This document shows, piece after piece, positions 10,969-20,976 of a stretch of 64,000 nucleotides of DNA (within the stretch, counting starts at the first letter, position 1; every line of letters begins with the position of its first letter). The stretch spans positions 396,273-460,272 of the forward strand of contig CAWJTV010000029.1 of the NCBI GenBank assembly GCA_963845755.1. The letters are read 5' to 3'. This DNA comes from an uncultured Planctomycetota bacterium (GTDB taxonomy: Bacteria > Planctomycetota > Planctomycetia > Isosphaerales > Isosphaeraceae). The notes beneath the pieces were generated by a model. That model was given only the letters and a program-made list of their open reading frames with translations, was not told the origin of the DNA and made no database searches. The position numbers were made by a program, and so were the translations under genes.

Positions 10969-12215
10969 TCAGAAACATAACTTCCCCCGGATGTCACAGA
11001 TATCGTATTCGTTGGCGGTATCGCGATAGATGGACGCCAGGGGCAGTGTGGCGGCACTGCGGAGGACGAACCGACCGTGGCGCCCGTTGATCTCGCGCTT
11101 GAGGCGTGCGACGGCCAGGGCCTGGCTGCGTTGCCCGGGCGGGTCGAACAGGTCGAGGGGACAGTCCTGCCGGGCGGTCAGCTCCTCGGCGATCAGGTGC
11201 ATGTGGGTGGCCAGTGCGGGGGACCCAGGCCCTGCGGAGACAGGGCCGGGCCGCATCCAGGAGGATGTCGAACCGGTCGCTGGGCACGGCGAGGGTCATC
11301 TGGCCGACGCCCGACTGGCCGTTCTTGTAGACGACCCAGACGGTGATCCGGCCGGCGGCCACGCCGTGATACTCGAGCTCCTCGATCAGCCGTTCGAGGT
11401 TGCGGATCAGCCAGGCATAGAGGACGACCGGCTCGGTGGTCGAACTCGCCGAAGCTGCCACCGCGCGACAGGGCCTTGTGCGCGGGCCGCCGCAGGTGGA
11501 TCGGCTGGACGGCCTCGCCGTTGAGCTCCCACCACAGCGTCTCGCCGGAGGCCGTCAACAACGCCCGGACCAGCCGGCGGTCGGTCTGCGCCAGGTCGAG
11601 GCAGGTGTGGATCCCCCAGGGCGAGAGCCGGGCCGCGCGCCGGCCCGCGATCCCGGTGATCTCGGTCACCGGCAGGTCGGCCATCAGCTCTTCCTCGGCC
11701 CGGCGATCGACCACCGCCCGCGCACCGTCCGGCTTGGCCGCGTCCGAGATCAGCTTGGCGAGCGTCCGCGTCCGGGCGATGCCCACCGTCACCGGCACGC
11801 CCACACGCTCCCGGATCTCGTCCCGGATCGACACCGCCAGGTCCTGTAACGTCTGGCCCGGCACCGGAATCGCCGCGAAGAAGAACTCGTCGATCGAGTA
11901 ATACTCCACCCGCGGCGACCATTCCCGCATCACCCCCAGCATCAGCCGGCTCAAGACCTCGTACCACCGGAAATCCCGTTTGACGTACACCCCCGTCGGA
12001 CACTTCACCAGCGCATCCCAGATCGGCATCCCCGTCGCGACGCCCGCCGCCTTCATCTCGTAACTCTTGGCGATCACGCACGCGCCCTGGTTGCCCAGCA
12101 CCCCCACCGGCTTCTGGCGCAGGAACTCGTCACGCACCCGCTCCGCCGACACGTAGAAGCAGTCGGCGTCGAGATGACCCACCGCACTCGCACTCGCACT
12201 TATTCGCGCCCACAT
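10969..12215 (-). CDS. Y-family translesion DNA polymerase (UmuC/DinB-like; 2 frameshifts)
   Basis: HLDADCFYVS, VIAKSYEMK, YSIDEFF, TLAKLISD, TGIAGRRA; C-terminus DLFD...INGRHGRFVLRSA. Confidence 0.9.
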
Positions 12216-12732
12216 GGACAGAAGTTTATTCTGTACGGACGAATCGGTCAAGGAGACCTGCGGCAGGATGTGCGCACTTGGAGGTATTGCGAGGATTTGC
12301 GAGGTTTTTTCGGAACGGAGCGGCAGGTGGTCGAAATTGGCCAGGTGGAGGATCGCGACTGGCGGAGAGCGGGGCCTGGAAAAAGAGGCGCCTCAACAAG
12401 ACTCGAATTTAAACTTATTATAAGATTCATATGAATTTCGACATAATTACTACCAATCAGGTAACAGTAACCGCCGAGGCGGGCCTCCCTTAGCGGAGAC
12501 TTCGCAGATGTCGCAAGGTCAACGCCAGCTCGGCCAGGTCGTTGTAGTGACCTGGGCACTGGTTAAAGTTCGTATCGTGGCCGTTATCTTATGAAAAACT
12601 TCCCAGCAGAATCTGCGGAGGTAAGCAATCTCCTGTTCGGTGAGGGTCATCTCAGATATTGCTCCCCTCGGTGTAATCGCGCTCGAGGAAATCGCGTTGG
12701 AGACTGATGGGAACGATCATCAAAGGACTGGC

Positions 12733-13020
12733 TCACTCTGAATGAACCAAGGACTCCAATTCGGCTATACGAGCCTCGAATTCTTCCTTGGAAGCCCAGG
12801 GACAAGGGAGGTTGGGATCATCCGGGAGAGGAGGATAGGGACCACCCCAGTTACCAGCCCCGCCCCAGTATTCCATGTACGCGGGTTCGAGTTGGAGATA
12901 GTGGTTGTAGGTGATGCCGCGTTCGGCAGAAAGACGATGAGCACGACCCTCGTTCTGCCCGAGGTGCATCTCTCGTATGAAGAGATCCATGAACTGACGT
13001 TCTTGGGGAAGTAGGGCCAC
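12733..13020 (-). CDS. Hypothetical protein in a lower-GC islet
   Basis: 95-aa ORF with AGGA upstream, 8 bp after the preceding stop. Confidence 0.55.
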   Translation of the reverse strand: MALLPQERQFMDLFIREMHLGQNEGRAHRLSAERGITYNHYLQLEPAYMEYWGGAGNWGGPYPPLPDDPNLPCPWASKEEFEARIAELESLVHSE

Positions 13021-13028
13021 AGATCCTC

Positions 13029-13343
13029 CTAGGGGTCAAAAGAGTAATTGGCGTACCGTTGTCCGGCAGACACGTTCTTGAGGTAGTTTTCTAGGAGTTC
13101 CTCGGATCCCGCCCAAGTCTTGGCTTGTTCCCAAGATCGGCGGAGGACGGGAAGGCTTGGCTCGGCGGACGGAACCGTGTGGGTAGAAGCATACAAATCT
13201 ACCCCTCCCCCGCAATCCGGGTTTGGGCAGTCAGCGGCAGCTTTGTGTTGGAACAACAGAGCCTGGTTTACTCGAGCGTACCACTCTCGGTGCCAATCTT
13301 CCACAAGGAGGCCACAGTGAGGACATGACTTTAAACCTGGCAT
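13029..13343 (-). CDS. Small putative zinc-ribbon protein
   Basis: MPGLKSCPHCG...DCPNPDCGG, two Cys pairs; start uncertain. Confidence 0.55.
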   Translation of the reverse strand: MPGLKSCPHCGLLVEDWHREWYARVNQALLFQHKAAADCPNPDCGGGVDLYASTHTVPSAEPSLPVLRRSWEQAKTWAGSEELLENYLKNVSAGQRYANYSFDP

Positions 13344-13552
13344 AGCCACCCTTGAGTATTCGATGGTGAATTCCATCGGAAAGGCGAGGAGCCACAACCA
13401 CCCGTTCGAGTTGGAGCCGCATACATTCCCCACGCCTTCACCGTCTCACCCTATCCGACGGGACGATATTGATCAACGCCCGGCGGAAGACGAACAAATT
13501 TAAAAAATCGTCATATATTCCATCGAATACGGCCGAGACCCGCTCGTTTCCA

Positions 13553-15723
13553 TCACGCCCGGGCGCCCATCTGGGCCGGGCTTTCGGCCGACAAAGAGTC
13601 CTCGGGCTTCGTCGGCGCGATCCACCGCAGCACGGCCGAGACGACAATCACCAGGACGCAGGTCAGCACCATGGCAGTCAGCCCGATATTCAACCAGCCG
13701 TGGACCATGGTGCGGCTCTGATGGGCCATCCGCCAGAACCTGCCGGTGATCTCGTAATAGGCGGTGGTCGATGTGGTGGTCGCCACGAAGAGCATGGGCA
13801 AGATCGTGATGGGTGCGTATCGGCCGCGGCCGGAGTTCACGATCACCGTCGTCACCACGGATAGGGCGATGACGGCCAGGAGCTGGTTGGCCATGCCGAA
13901 CATCGGCCAGATCGTCTCGACGCTCCCGGTGTAGATGAAGTAGCCCCATCCGAAGACGACCAGGCCCGTCGCGAGGAGCGAGGCCGGCAGCCAGTTGAGG
14001 TCGCCCAGCGGCTTCCAGAGCTTGCCCAGGAACTCCTGCACGAGGAATCGCGCGATCCGGGTGCCGGCATCGATCGTCGTGAGGATGAACAGGGCCTCGA
14101 ACATAATCGCGAAATGATACCAGTACTTGATCAGCCAGCTCATTCCGGGAATCGCGTCGGAGAAGATCCGCGCCATGCCGACGGCCAGCGTCACGGCGCC
14201 GCCGGTCCGGCCGTGCAGCGATTCCTGGACGTCCCGCTCCATCGCGACCAGCTCGCTGCCGGCCGGTGCGGCCGGGTCGAGGCCACCCCCGGCATGCTGT
14301 CCTACCTCCGAGGCCTCGAGGAACCGCGCAAATCGGGGTGCTTGGCCAGGAAGTCGGGGCGCTTGGCCAGGTCGATGTTGATGTCGTAGTACATCGAGTT
14401 GGGCAATGCCGCCGCCGCGATCAGGGCCACGATCCCCACCAGGCCCTCCATCAACATCGCGCCATAACCGATCATCCGGACGTCGCTTTCCTTGTCCACC
14501 ATCTTGGGCGTCGTCCCGGATGAGACCAGCGCGTGGAACCCGGAGATTGCCCCGCACATGATGCAGATGAAGACATAGGGGAAGATGGGACCATCGAAAT
14601 ACGGCCCGCCTCCCGAGGCGAAATGCGGGCTGACTGCCGGCGCGTGGAGCTTGGGGTTGGCGATCACGACTCCGACGACCAGAAGCGCGATGGTCCCGAT
14701 CTTGAGGAACGTCGAGAGGTAGTCGCGCGGGCAGAGCAACAGCCAGACCGGTAGCACAGCCGCGATGAATCCGTAAGCGGCCAGGGTAAAGACCGTCATG
14801 TCGCGCGACATCAAGAAATAGCTCTCGATCGGCGAGCCGGGAATCCAGGCCCCGCCGATCGTCGCCGCCAGCACGGCCGCCGCGCCGATCAGCGACGCCT
14901 CCAGGATCTTCCCTTTGCGGAAGCGATACATGTACCAGCCAACGAACAGCGCGATCGGGATCGTCGCGGCGATCGTGAATGTTCCCCAAGAGCTGCCCGG
15001 CACGAGCCGCTTGGCCCCTTCGGGCAGGATGAAGCCGGATCCCTTGCCATCCGTTTTCAAGAAGGTCCCGTGGGGCACGGCCAGATTGAACTTCTCGTGG
15101 AAGACCATGGTCTGGTCGGGCCCCGCGCCGAACCGATAGGTTGAGCCCGGGGGAACCTTATAGATCATCGGGCCGGTCGGGGTCCCGCCACGCTCGACCC
15201 CACTTTGGGGTGGATAAATCAGCTCGGAGCCAAACTTCATCGGCACTTCCTCGCCGCCCAGGGCCTTGACCACCACGATCCCCAGACCGGCCAGTGCGAT
15301 GATCACGATATAGAGAATCGCGATCGCCGCGGCCATGCCGGCGGGCCGGCCGATCTCCTGGCGAGCCAGACCGGCCAGGCTCAACCCGGCCCGACGCGTC
15401 GAGGCGGCCAGGACCAGCATGTCCTGAACGGCGCCCGCCAGGCAGACGCCGACGACCAGCCAGACCAGCCCCGGCAGGTAGCCGAACTGGATCGCCAGCA
15501 CCGGGCCGATCAGTGGCCCGGCACCCGAGATCGCCGCGAAGTGATGGCCGAAGAGCACCCAGCGATTCGTCGGGTCGAAGTTCTGGCCGTCGTTGAACCG
15601 GTGGGCCGGGGTGACCTGCGAATCATCCAGTGCGGCCACCTTGGCGGCGAGGAAGGCGCTGTAGTATCGGTAGGCGACCGCGAGGATCGCCAGGACGCCC
15701 AGCATCACCGGCATCGCGTGCAT
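13553..15723 (-). CDS. cstA: Carbon starvation protein A family transporter (frameshift near 14310)
   Basis: VLFGHHFAAISGAGPLIGP, PRDYLSTF, CGAISGFHALVSSGTTPK, GRTGGAVTLAVGMA, FILTTIDAGTR, WPMFGMANQLLA. Confidence 0.93.
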
Positions 15724-15872
15724 GGTTATCGGCCTCTGGTCCAGGGCGGGAGGCACGCGTCCGCGCCGATCGTCATCGCGGGCGTGCTCGTACATGCGGC
15801 AAAGAGCCTGAATCCACCAACTTCCAGTCTACGGCCGATGGTCTGCCCGTCAAGGAAGCGATCCGCTCCATC

Positions 15873-16376
15873 TTATTCCGAGGGCGAATCGCTCGCATTC
15901 CGGCGCCAGATCGCCAGACTCGGCGAATGATACTCCACGAACCAGATCTCCTCCTCGACGCCCAGCTCATGCGCGAATCGATGCGCCACCAGGTGGTTGA
16001 CCACCTCGAGCGATGCGGCGAGGAAATCGGTGCGGGAATCCTGGGGTTGCTCGGGGTTGTGGAAGATGAACCGAATGACCAGGACTCGCTCGTCGACCGG
16101 CCCCGTCGGCGAGAGGTATCGGCCATCCATCTCGTAGATCGAGTAGCCGCGCGACGCCTGGCAGAGGGTCTTGATCCATTCCTCCTCGTCAAATGCCCGA
16201 TCCTGCCGCCGCTGCCGCGCAATCGACTGTTTCACGAAGGGGACCTTCCGAATGGCCTGCTCGTTGAACAGGTCTTCGAGGACCTCCTGGATCTTGCCGA
16301 AGTATCCGAGCTTCTTCGGCAGGATCACCTCGTAGATGCGAGCCGGTTTCGGGCCTTCCAGGCGATAATCGGCCAT
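15873..16376 (-). CDS. Conserved-looking hypothetical protein
   Basis: 167-aa ORF with typical GC3 codon bias, co-oriented with its neighbours. Confidence 0.7.
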   Translation of the reverse strand: MADYRLEGPKPARIYEVILPKKLGYFGKIQEVLEDLFNEQAIRKVPFVKQSIARQRRQDRAFDEEEWIKTLCQASRGYSIYEMDGRYLSPTGPVDERVLVIRFIFHNPEQPQDSRTDFLAASLEVVNHLVAHRFAHELGVEEEIWFVEYHSPSLAIWRRNASDSPSE

Positions 16377-16418
16377 GGGTGATGATCCCGGGTCACGGCG
16401 AGGGGAAAGGAAAAGGCC

Positions 16419-17148
16419 TCAATCTTCGGCTCCGCGGGGTCCGCCCTCGGGGAGCAGGGTCTCCAGCGGGCATTCCTCGCAATCGGTGGCCGTGGCGCGG
16501 CAGAATTGGTGGCCGATCTGTTCCATGCCATGAGCCAACTGGGCGAGAACTTCCACTCGATCTTGCTGGTCTTCAAGCGCACGTCGCCTGCTCGACGGCT
16601 CGATCCACCAGCAGGTCGCGGGCTTCGTCGTAAGTCGCGGTCGCATCAAGCCAGCCATGCCGCACGAGAATCCGATAGGTCGCGCGATCGAGGGGATAAG
16701 ACGGGCGTTTCAAGGCGTAGAGGAGGATGGCATCGGCCCCCGGCGTCCCGACGCCCTTGATGGCCGCCAGCTCCCCGCGGAGCCAGCCGATCGATCGATC
16801 CGGGTTGAACAGCGAGTCGACCCGGCCCCATGACGTTCGACGAGCCAACGCGCGAGATGCTTCAGGGGGACCAACGTCTTGGTGGAAAGCGGATCGGCCT
16901 TTCTCGCACACGGCGTCGCGGAGCGAGATGCAGTTCGACTTCCGCCAACCGTTCGGGCGTCAGGAGTCCCGCCTGGGCCAGACCGTCCAGGGCAGTCCGC
17001 CAGCGCGACTCGCCCAGGGTCCGGGCCAGGAGGACCGCAATCATCGCCTCGAACGGGTCGAGGCCCTCGAACTCGGATTCGATCCGCCCGAAGGCCCGCC
17101 CGAAGGCACCGAAGAAACCTCCCAGAAGGCGTCGTCGAAGGTCGGCAT
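16419..17148 (-). CDS. Endonuclease III-like HhH-GPD protein (several frameshifts)
   Basis: LAAIKGVGTPGADAILLYALKRPSYPLDRATYRILVRHG (HhH-GPD) and FCRATATDCEECPL (FCL-like). Confidence 0.75.
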
Positions 17149-17151
17149 CGT

Positions 17152-17245
17152 GCGAGTCCTTGAGTGCTCAAGTCCTCGAGTCCTTGAGATCCGAGCAGCT
17201 CGGACGGACCGTCATGACTCAAGGACTTGACGACTCGAGGACTAG
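17152..17245. repeat. Inverted octamer-repeat hairpin downstream of rpsT
   Basis: gagtccttgagtgctcaagtcctcgagtccttgag ... ctcaaggacttgacgactcgaggact. Confidence 0.65.
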
Positions 17246-17523
17246 CCTTGCTGAGCCTTGGCCATCGCCGCGGCGTACGCACGCGCCAGGCTGCTCTTGC
17301 GCCGGGCCGCCGTGTTGGGATGGAGGACGCGGCGCCGCACCGCCTTGTCGATCTTGGCGGTGGCGAGCTTCAGGTCGGCCGCGGCCTTCTCGAAGTCCTT
17401 GGCGGCGACCGACGCCAGCGTCCGCTTCGTCATGGTCTTGATGACCTTCTTCGTGACCCGATTATGCATGCGGCGCTTCACGCTCTGTCGCATGCGCTTG
17501 GCCGCTGAGGGTGAGTTTGGCAT
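17242..17523 (-). CDS. rpsT: 30S ribosomal protein S20
   Basis: MPNSPSAAKRMRQSVKRRMHN...IDKAVRRRVLHPNTAARRKSSLA. Confidence 0.97.
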   Translation of the reverse strand: MPNSPSAAKRMRQSVKRRMHNRVTKKVIKTMTKRTLASVAAKDFEKAAADLKLATAKIDKAVRRRVLHPNTAARRKSSLARAYAAAMAKAQQG

Positions 17524-17691
17524 AGCTCCGTGAATCGTCAGGGAAGGCGGATACGGTTGATTGACACCAGGTTACGTTCGAGCCGGCAATCCCGTCCGTG
17601 TCGGTCGAGCCGCGACGGCCTCGGCCGGCGGACGACCCGGCCCCGTGACCCGCGGATCGGGAGACCCAGGAGGATACCACGAATGCCGCGG

Positions 17692-19095
17692 TCAGATCAA
17701 GCGGCGCAGCCGCTCGGCGACGTCGAGGTAGGTGTAGTCGAGGGCGGCGACCTCGTTGTAGTGCTCCTCAGCGGCCTCGTTGTTGCCGAGCGTCTCGGAG
17801 ACCCGACCGAGGCGGTAGTGGAGCGCCTTGAAGTTCTCCTTGTCCTCGGCCTCGAGCATTTTCAGGGCCTCCTTGTAGTTGCGTTCCGAGAGTTTGGGGG
17901 CACCGTTGGCCTCGAAGCTCAGGCCTGTCTGAAGGAGGGCCTGGATCTTCAGGATGGGCTCGGTGCTGGACCGCGCCTGCTGGAACTCGGCGATCGCCTC
18001 GTCGTGCTTGCCGATCTGTGCCAGGATCAGGCCGAACTGGTAATGGAGATTGGCATCCTCCGGGTGCAGGGTGACCCGCCGGCGATACGCCTGGACCTGA
18101 TACTTGTTGAGCATCTCGGTCAGCTCGTCGAGCTTGACCTTGGCACCGGTATCTTCGGGGTTTTCCTGGACTTTATGCGTCTGGTGCTCCTTGGCCCGCT
18201 TCAAGCGACTGATCTGGGTGTCCTCGTAGATGGACTTCAGCCCCGCATCGTTGGGATTGGCCTTGATGCCCTTGGCCAGGACCTTCTCCGCCGTGTCCAG
18301 GTCGCCGCGCTGGCGATAGATATCGGCCAGATTGACATAGGCATGGATGGACGTCGGGTCCTTCTTGATCTCCTCGAGCAGCCGCTGTTGGGGAGTGAGT
18401 TGCTCCTGCTTGAGCCGCTCGAGTTTGGCCTCCATGGACTCGGCGACGGGCGTGGCGGCGTCCTTCTGGGCCTGCGCCCGCTGGTCCAGGGCCTCGTCGA
18501 GCCCTGATCGCTTGATCGTCGAGGCCGCCGACAGGGCGTTGATCTTGCGGCTGACGTCCTGGTCGTTCGGGTTGAGTTTCTTGACCTGCTCCCAGCAGGC
18601 GATGGCCTTCGCCCAGCTCTCATTCGTCTCGTAGATACCGGCGGCGAATCGGAAGAAATCGGCGTCCTTGGCCACGGCCTGCACCGAATCGAGGAGCCAC
18701 TGGGACAGGGCTCCCAATCCGAGCCCTTCGGCCGCCTCCGCCGCCACCCGCGCCGCCCCCACATCCCAGGGATTATTGGCGAAGGCATCCTCGCAGCGAT
18801 CCAGCGCATCGTGGTGCTTACCTTTCGAGCGCGCCGACTTGGCATGCATCAGGATCGGCTGATTCTTGACCCCGACCAGCTTGCTGACCGACTTGGGATC
18901 GCCATTGAATTTCTTCCGCTCGATCCCTCGCAACGACTGACGATACAACATGGAGTCCGGCACAAGCTTGCAACATTGACGGTACATATCGATGGCGTAG
19001 TCGAAGTTCCCCTTCATCGCGGCGTCATTGCCGTACTGGAAGAACGTTTTTGCCTTTTGCACCTCGGGCGAATCCGACCCCGAATCCTGAGACAT
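17692..19095 (-). CDS. Tetratricopeptide repeat protein
   Basis: Multiple TPR-like units (AYVNLADIY, LHYQFGLIL, LHYRLGRV); C-terminal DYTYLDVAERL. Confidence 0.85.
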   Translation of the reverse strand: MSQDSGSDSPEVQKAKTFFQYGNDAAMKGNFDYAIDMYRQCCKLVPDSMLYRQSLRGIERKKFNGDPKSVSKLVGVKNQPILMHAKSARSKGKHHDALDRCEDAFANNPWDVGAARVAAEAAEGLGLGALSQWLLDSVQAVAKDADFFRFAAGIYETNESWAKAIACWEQVKKLNPNDQDVSRKINALSAASTIKRSGLDEALDQRAQAQKDAATPVAESMEAKLERLKQEQLTPQQRLLEEIKKDPTSIHAYVNLADIYRQRGDLDTAEKVLAKGIKANPNDAGLKSIYEDTQISRLKRAKEHQTHKVQENPEDTGAKVKLDELTEMLNKYQVQAYRRRVTLHPEDANLHYQFGLILAQIGKHDEAIAEFQQARSSTEPILKIQALLQTGLSFEANGAPKLSERNYKEALKMLEAEDKENFKALHYRLGRVSETLGNNEAAEEHYNEVAALDYTYLDVAERLRRLI

Positions 19096-19413
19096 CGGCG
19101 GAGCTCCTCCCAAACAGAGCCAGAACAGGCGGACTGATTCGAGGAATTCGTGTCCGCGACGGAGTCTGGAGGATCGAGATGCGACAGATGTCGGGATCCA
19201 CCTCTCGTGCTCACTCTCCAGGCGTGGCACGACCGACAGGCCCCAGCAATCGTCGCCACTTGCCCGCGACGCGGCACCACTCGAACTTTATTCTAAACCA
19301 TCATGGTCACAGCTTCCACTCCATGACCAGTGGGAGATTGAGATAACCCATGGCATGGCCTTCGCTGGTTCGGAGGAAGGCCGGGAATTCACGCGAATGC
19401 GGAGGACCGAGCG

Positions 19414-20313
19414 ATGGCGGAGATTCTCAGAGATGCGGGGTTGTCCGAACTGGTCGAGAGCCCGGCCGTGGAATGCCTGGCGCGGGGCTTCGAGTTCACG
19501 GAGGGGCCGCTCTGGTGCCCGGACGGCTCGCTGCTGTTCCAGGACAACAAGGCGGAGAAGACCTACCGGCTCGCTGCCGATCGATCGGTCGAGTTGGTGA
19601 GGGATCGGACCGGGGCGGCCAACGGCCAGACATTCGGCGCCGACGGCCGGATTATCTTCTGCGAGCAGAACGGCCGGTGCGTCTCGCGGATGGCGGCCGA
19701 CGGCAGCGGCGTGGAGACGCTGGTCGAGACCTGGTCGGGCCAGCGGCTCAACAGCCCCAACGACGTGGTCTGCCGGTCCGACGGCCTGGTCTACTTCACC
19801 GACCCCCCTTACGGTGTCGCACCGGACCGGCGCGCCCTGCACTTTCAGGGCGTCTTTTCGCTCGACCTGGCACGCCCGGGAGCCCCGAACGATGCCGTTC
19901 GGCTCCTGCTCGACGACTTCGAGAAGCCCAACGGCCTGGCCTTTTCGCCGGACGAGCGGATTCTCTACATCTGCGACACGGCGCGCTATCAGATCCGCGC
20001 CTACGAAGTCGAGCCCTCGGGCCAGTTGAAAGTCAGCTCGGGTCGCGTCTTCGCCCGGATGGATCCCGCCGAGCGGGGCGGGCCCGATGGGGTGAAGGTC
20101 GACCGCCAGGGGCGCGTCTATGCGGCCGTGGCGCAGGGGGTCTGGGTCTACGAGCCCGATGGCCGCCTGCTGGGCATCCTCGCGATGCCCGCGCGGCCCG
20201 CGAACCTGGCCTGGTGCGATCGCGATGCCCGCGGCCTGGCGATGACGGCCGTGGATGCGGTCTATTATGTCCGCCTGAGGGTCGAGGGGATGATGCCGCC
20301 GTTCCTCCCCTGA
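19414..20313 (+). CDS. SMP-30/gluconolactonase/LRE family protein
   Basis: FTEGPLW, LNSPNDV, YFTDPPYG, PNGLAFSPDE, PDGVKVD. Confidence 0.93.
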   Translation: MAEILRDAGLSELVESPAVECLARGFEFTEGPLWCPDGSLLFQDNKAEKTYRLAADRSVELVRDRTGAANGQTFGADGRIIFCEQNGRCVSRMAADGSGVETLVETWSGQRLNSPNDVVCRSDGLVYFTDPPYGVAPDRRALHFQGVFSLDLARPGAPNDAVRLLLDDFEKPNGLAFSPDERILYICDTARYQIRAYEVEPSGQLKVSSGRVFARMDPAERGGPDGVKVDRQGRVYAAVAQGVWVYEPDGRLLGILAMPARPANLAWCDRDARGLAMTAVDAVYYVRLRVEGMMPPFLP

Positions 20314-20540
20314 TTCTTCCGGTCTCCCGCTAGTCAATCCGAGGGCGATCGATTATCTTGGGGTCGTCTCGGTGACGGCGATTCTCTCACGTTCCGATCC
20401 GGCCCCTCGGCTTTGCCTTGCGGTGGCTCTCCACCTGGCGCACTGAGTGCGGGACGTCGCGAGATCCATCGGACTACGGCTTGATCACCGACCCACAAGA
20501 CCAGGAATTGGCCGGCGCTGGTCGTCTTCAGGAGATCCGC

Positions 20541-20759
20541 GTGGCCAAAGAGGAACCGATTCGCACCGAGGGGCGCATCGTCGAGGCGCTCCCCAACACC
20601 CAGTTCATGGTCGAGCTGGAGAACGGACACCGCATCCTGGCTCATATCGCCGGAAAGATGCGGAAGAACTTCATCCGGATCGTGCCCGGCGACCGGGTGA
20701 CCGTCGAGATCACGCCCTACGACCTAACCAAAGGTCGGATCGTCTATCGCGAGCGCTGA
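20541..20759 (+). CDS. infA: Translation initiation factor IF-1
   Basis: GTG start after [56 protein letters not shown]. Confidence 0.97.
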   Translation: MAKEEPIRTEGRIVEALPNTQFMVELENGHRILAHIAGKMRKNFIRIVPGDRVTVEITPYDLTKGRIVYRER

Positions 20760-20815
20760 GCCAACCTGTCCGTGGCGCACGCCGCCGGCTCGGGCTTGCC
20801 GGAATCTTGAACCTC

Positions 20816-20976
20816 ACGCGGCCTTCGGCCGCAACCTAAACGGGATTCACGATTCGAGATTCACGATTCCAGAAACCGGAATCGTCTCCATCTGGAATCT
20901 GGAATCTGGAATGTTGGATACGGAATCGAGAGCTCCCCAGCTACGCCGTCGGCGCCGGGACTCTACGGAGAGACTC
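20816..20976 (+). repeat. Single copy of the hairpin-ended heptamer element
   Basis: ACGCGGCCTTCGGCCGCAACC ... GATTCGA/GGAATCT heptamers ... CCCCAG...CTACGGAGAGACTC; same layout as the units at 54399-55008. Confidence 0.75.
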
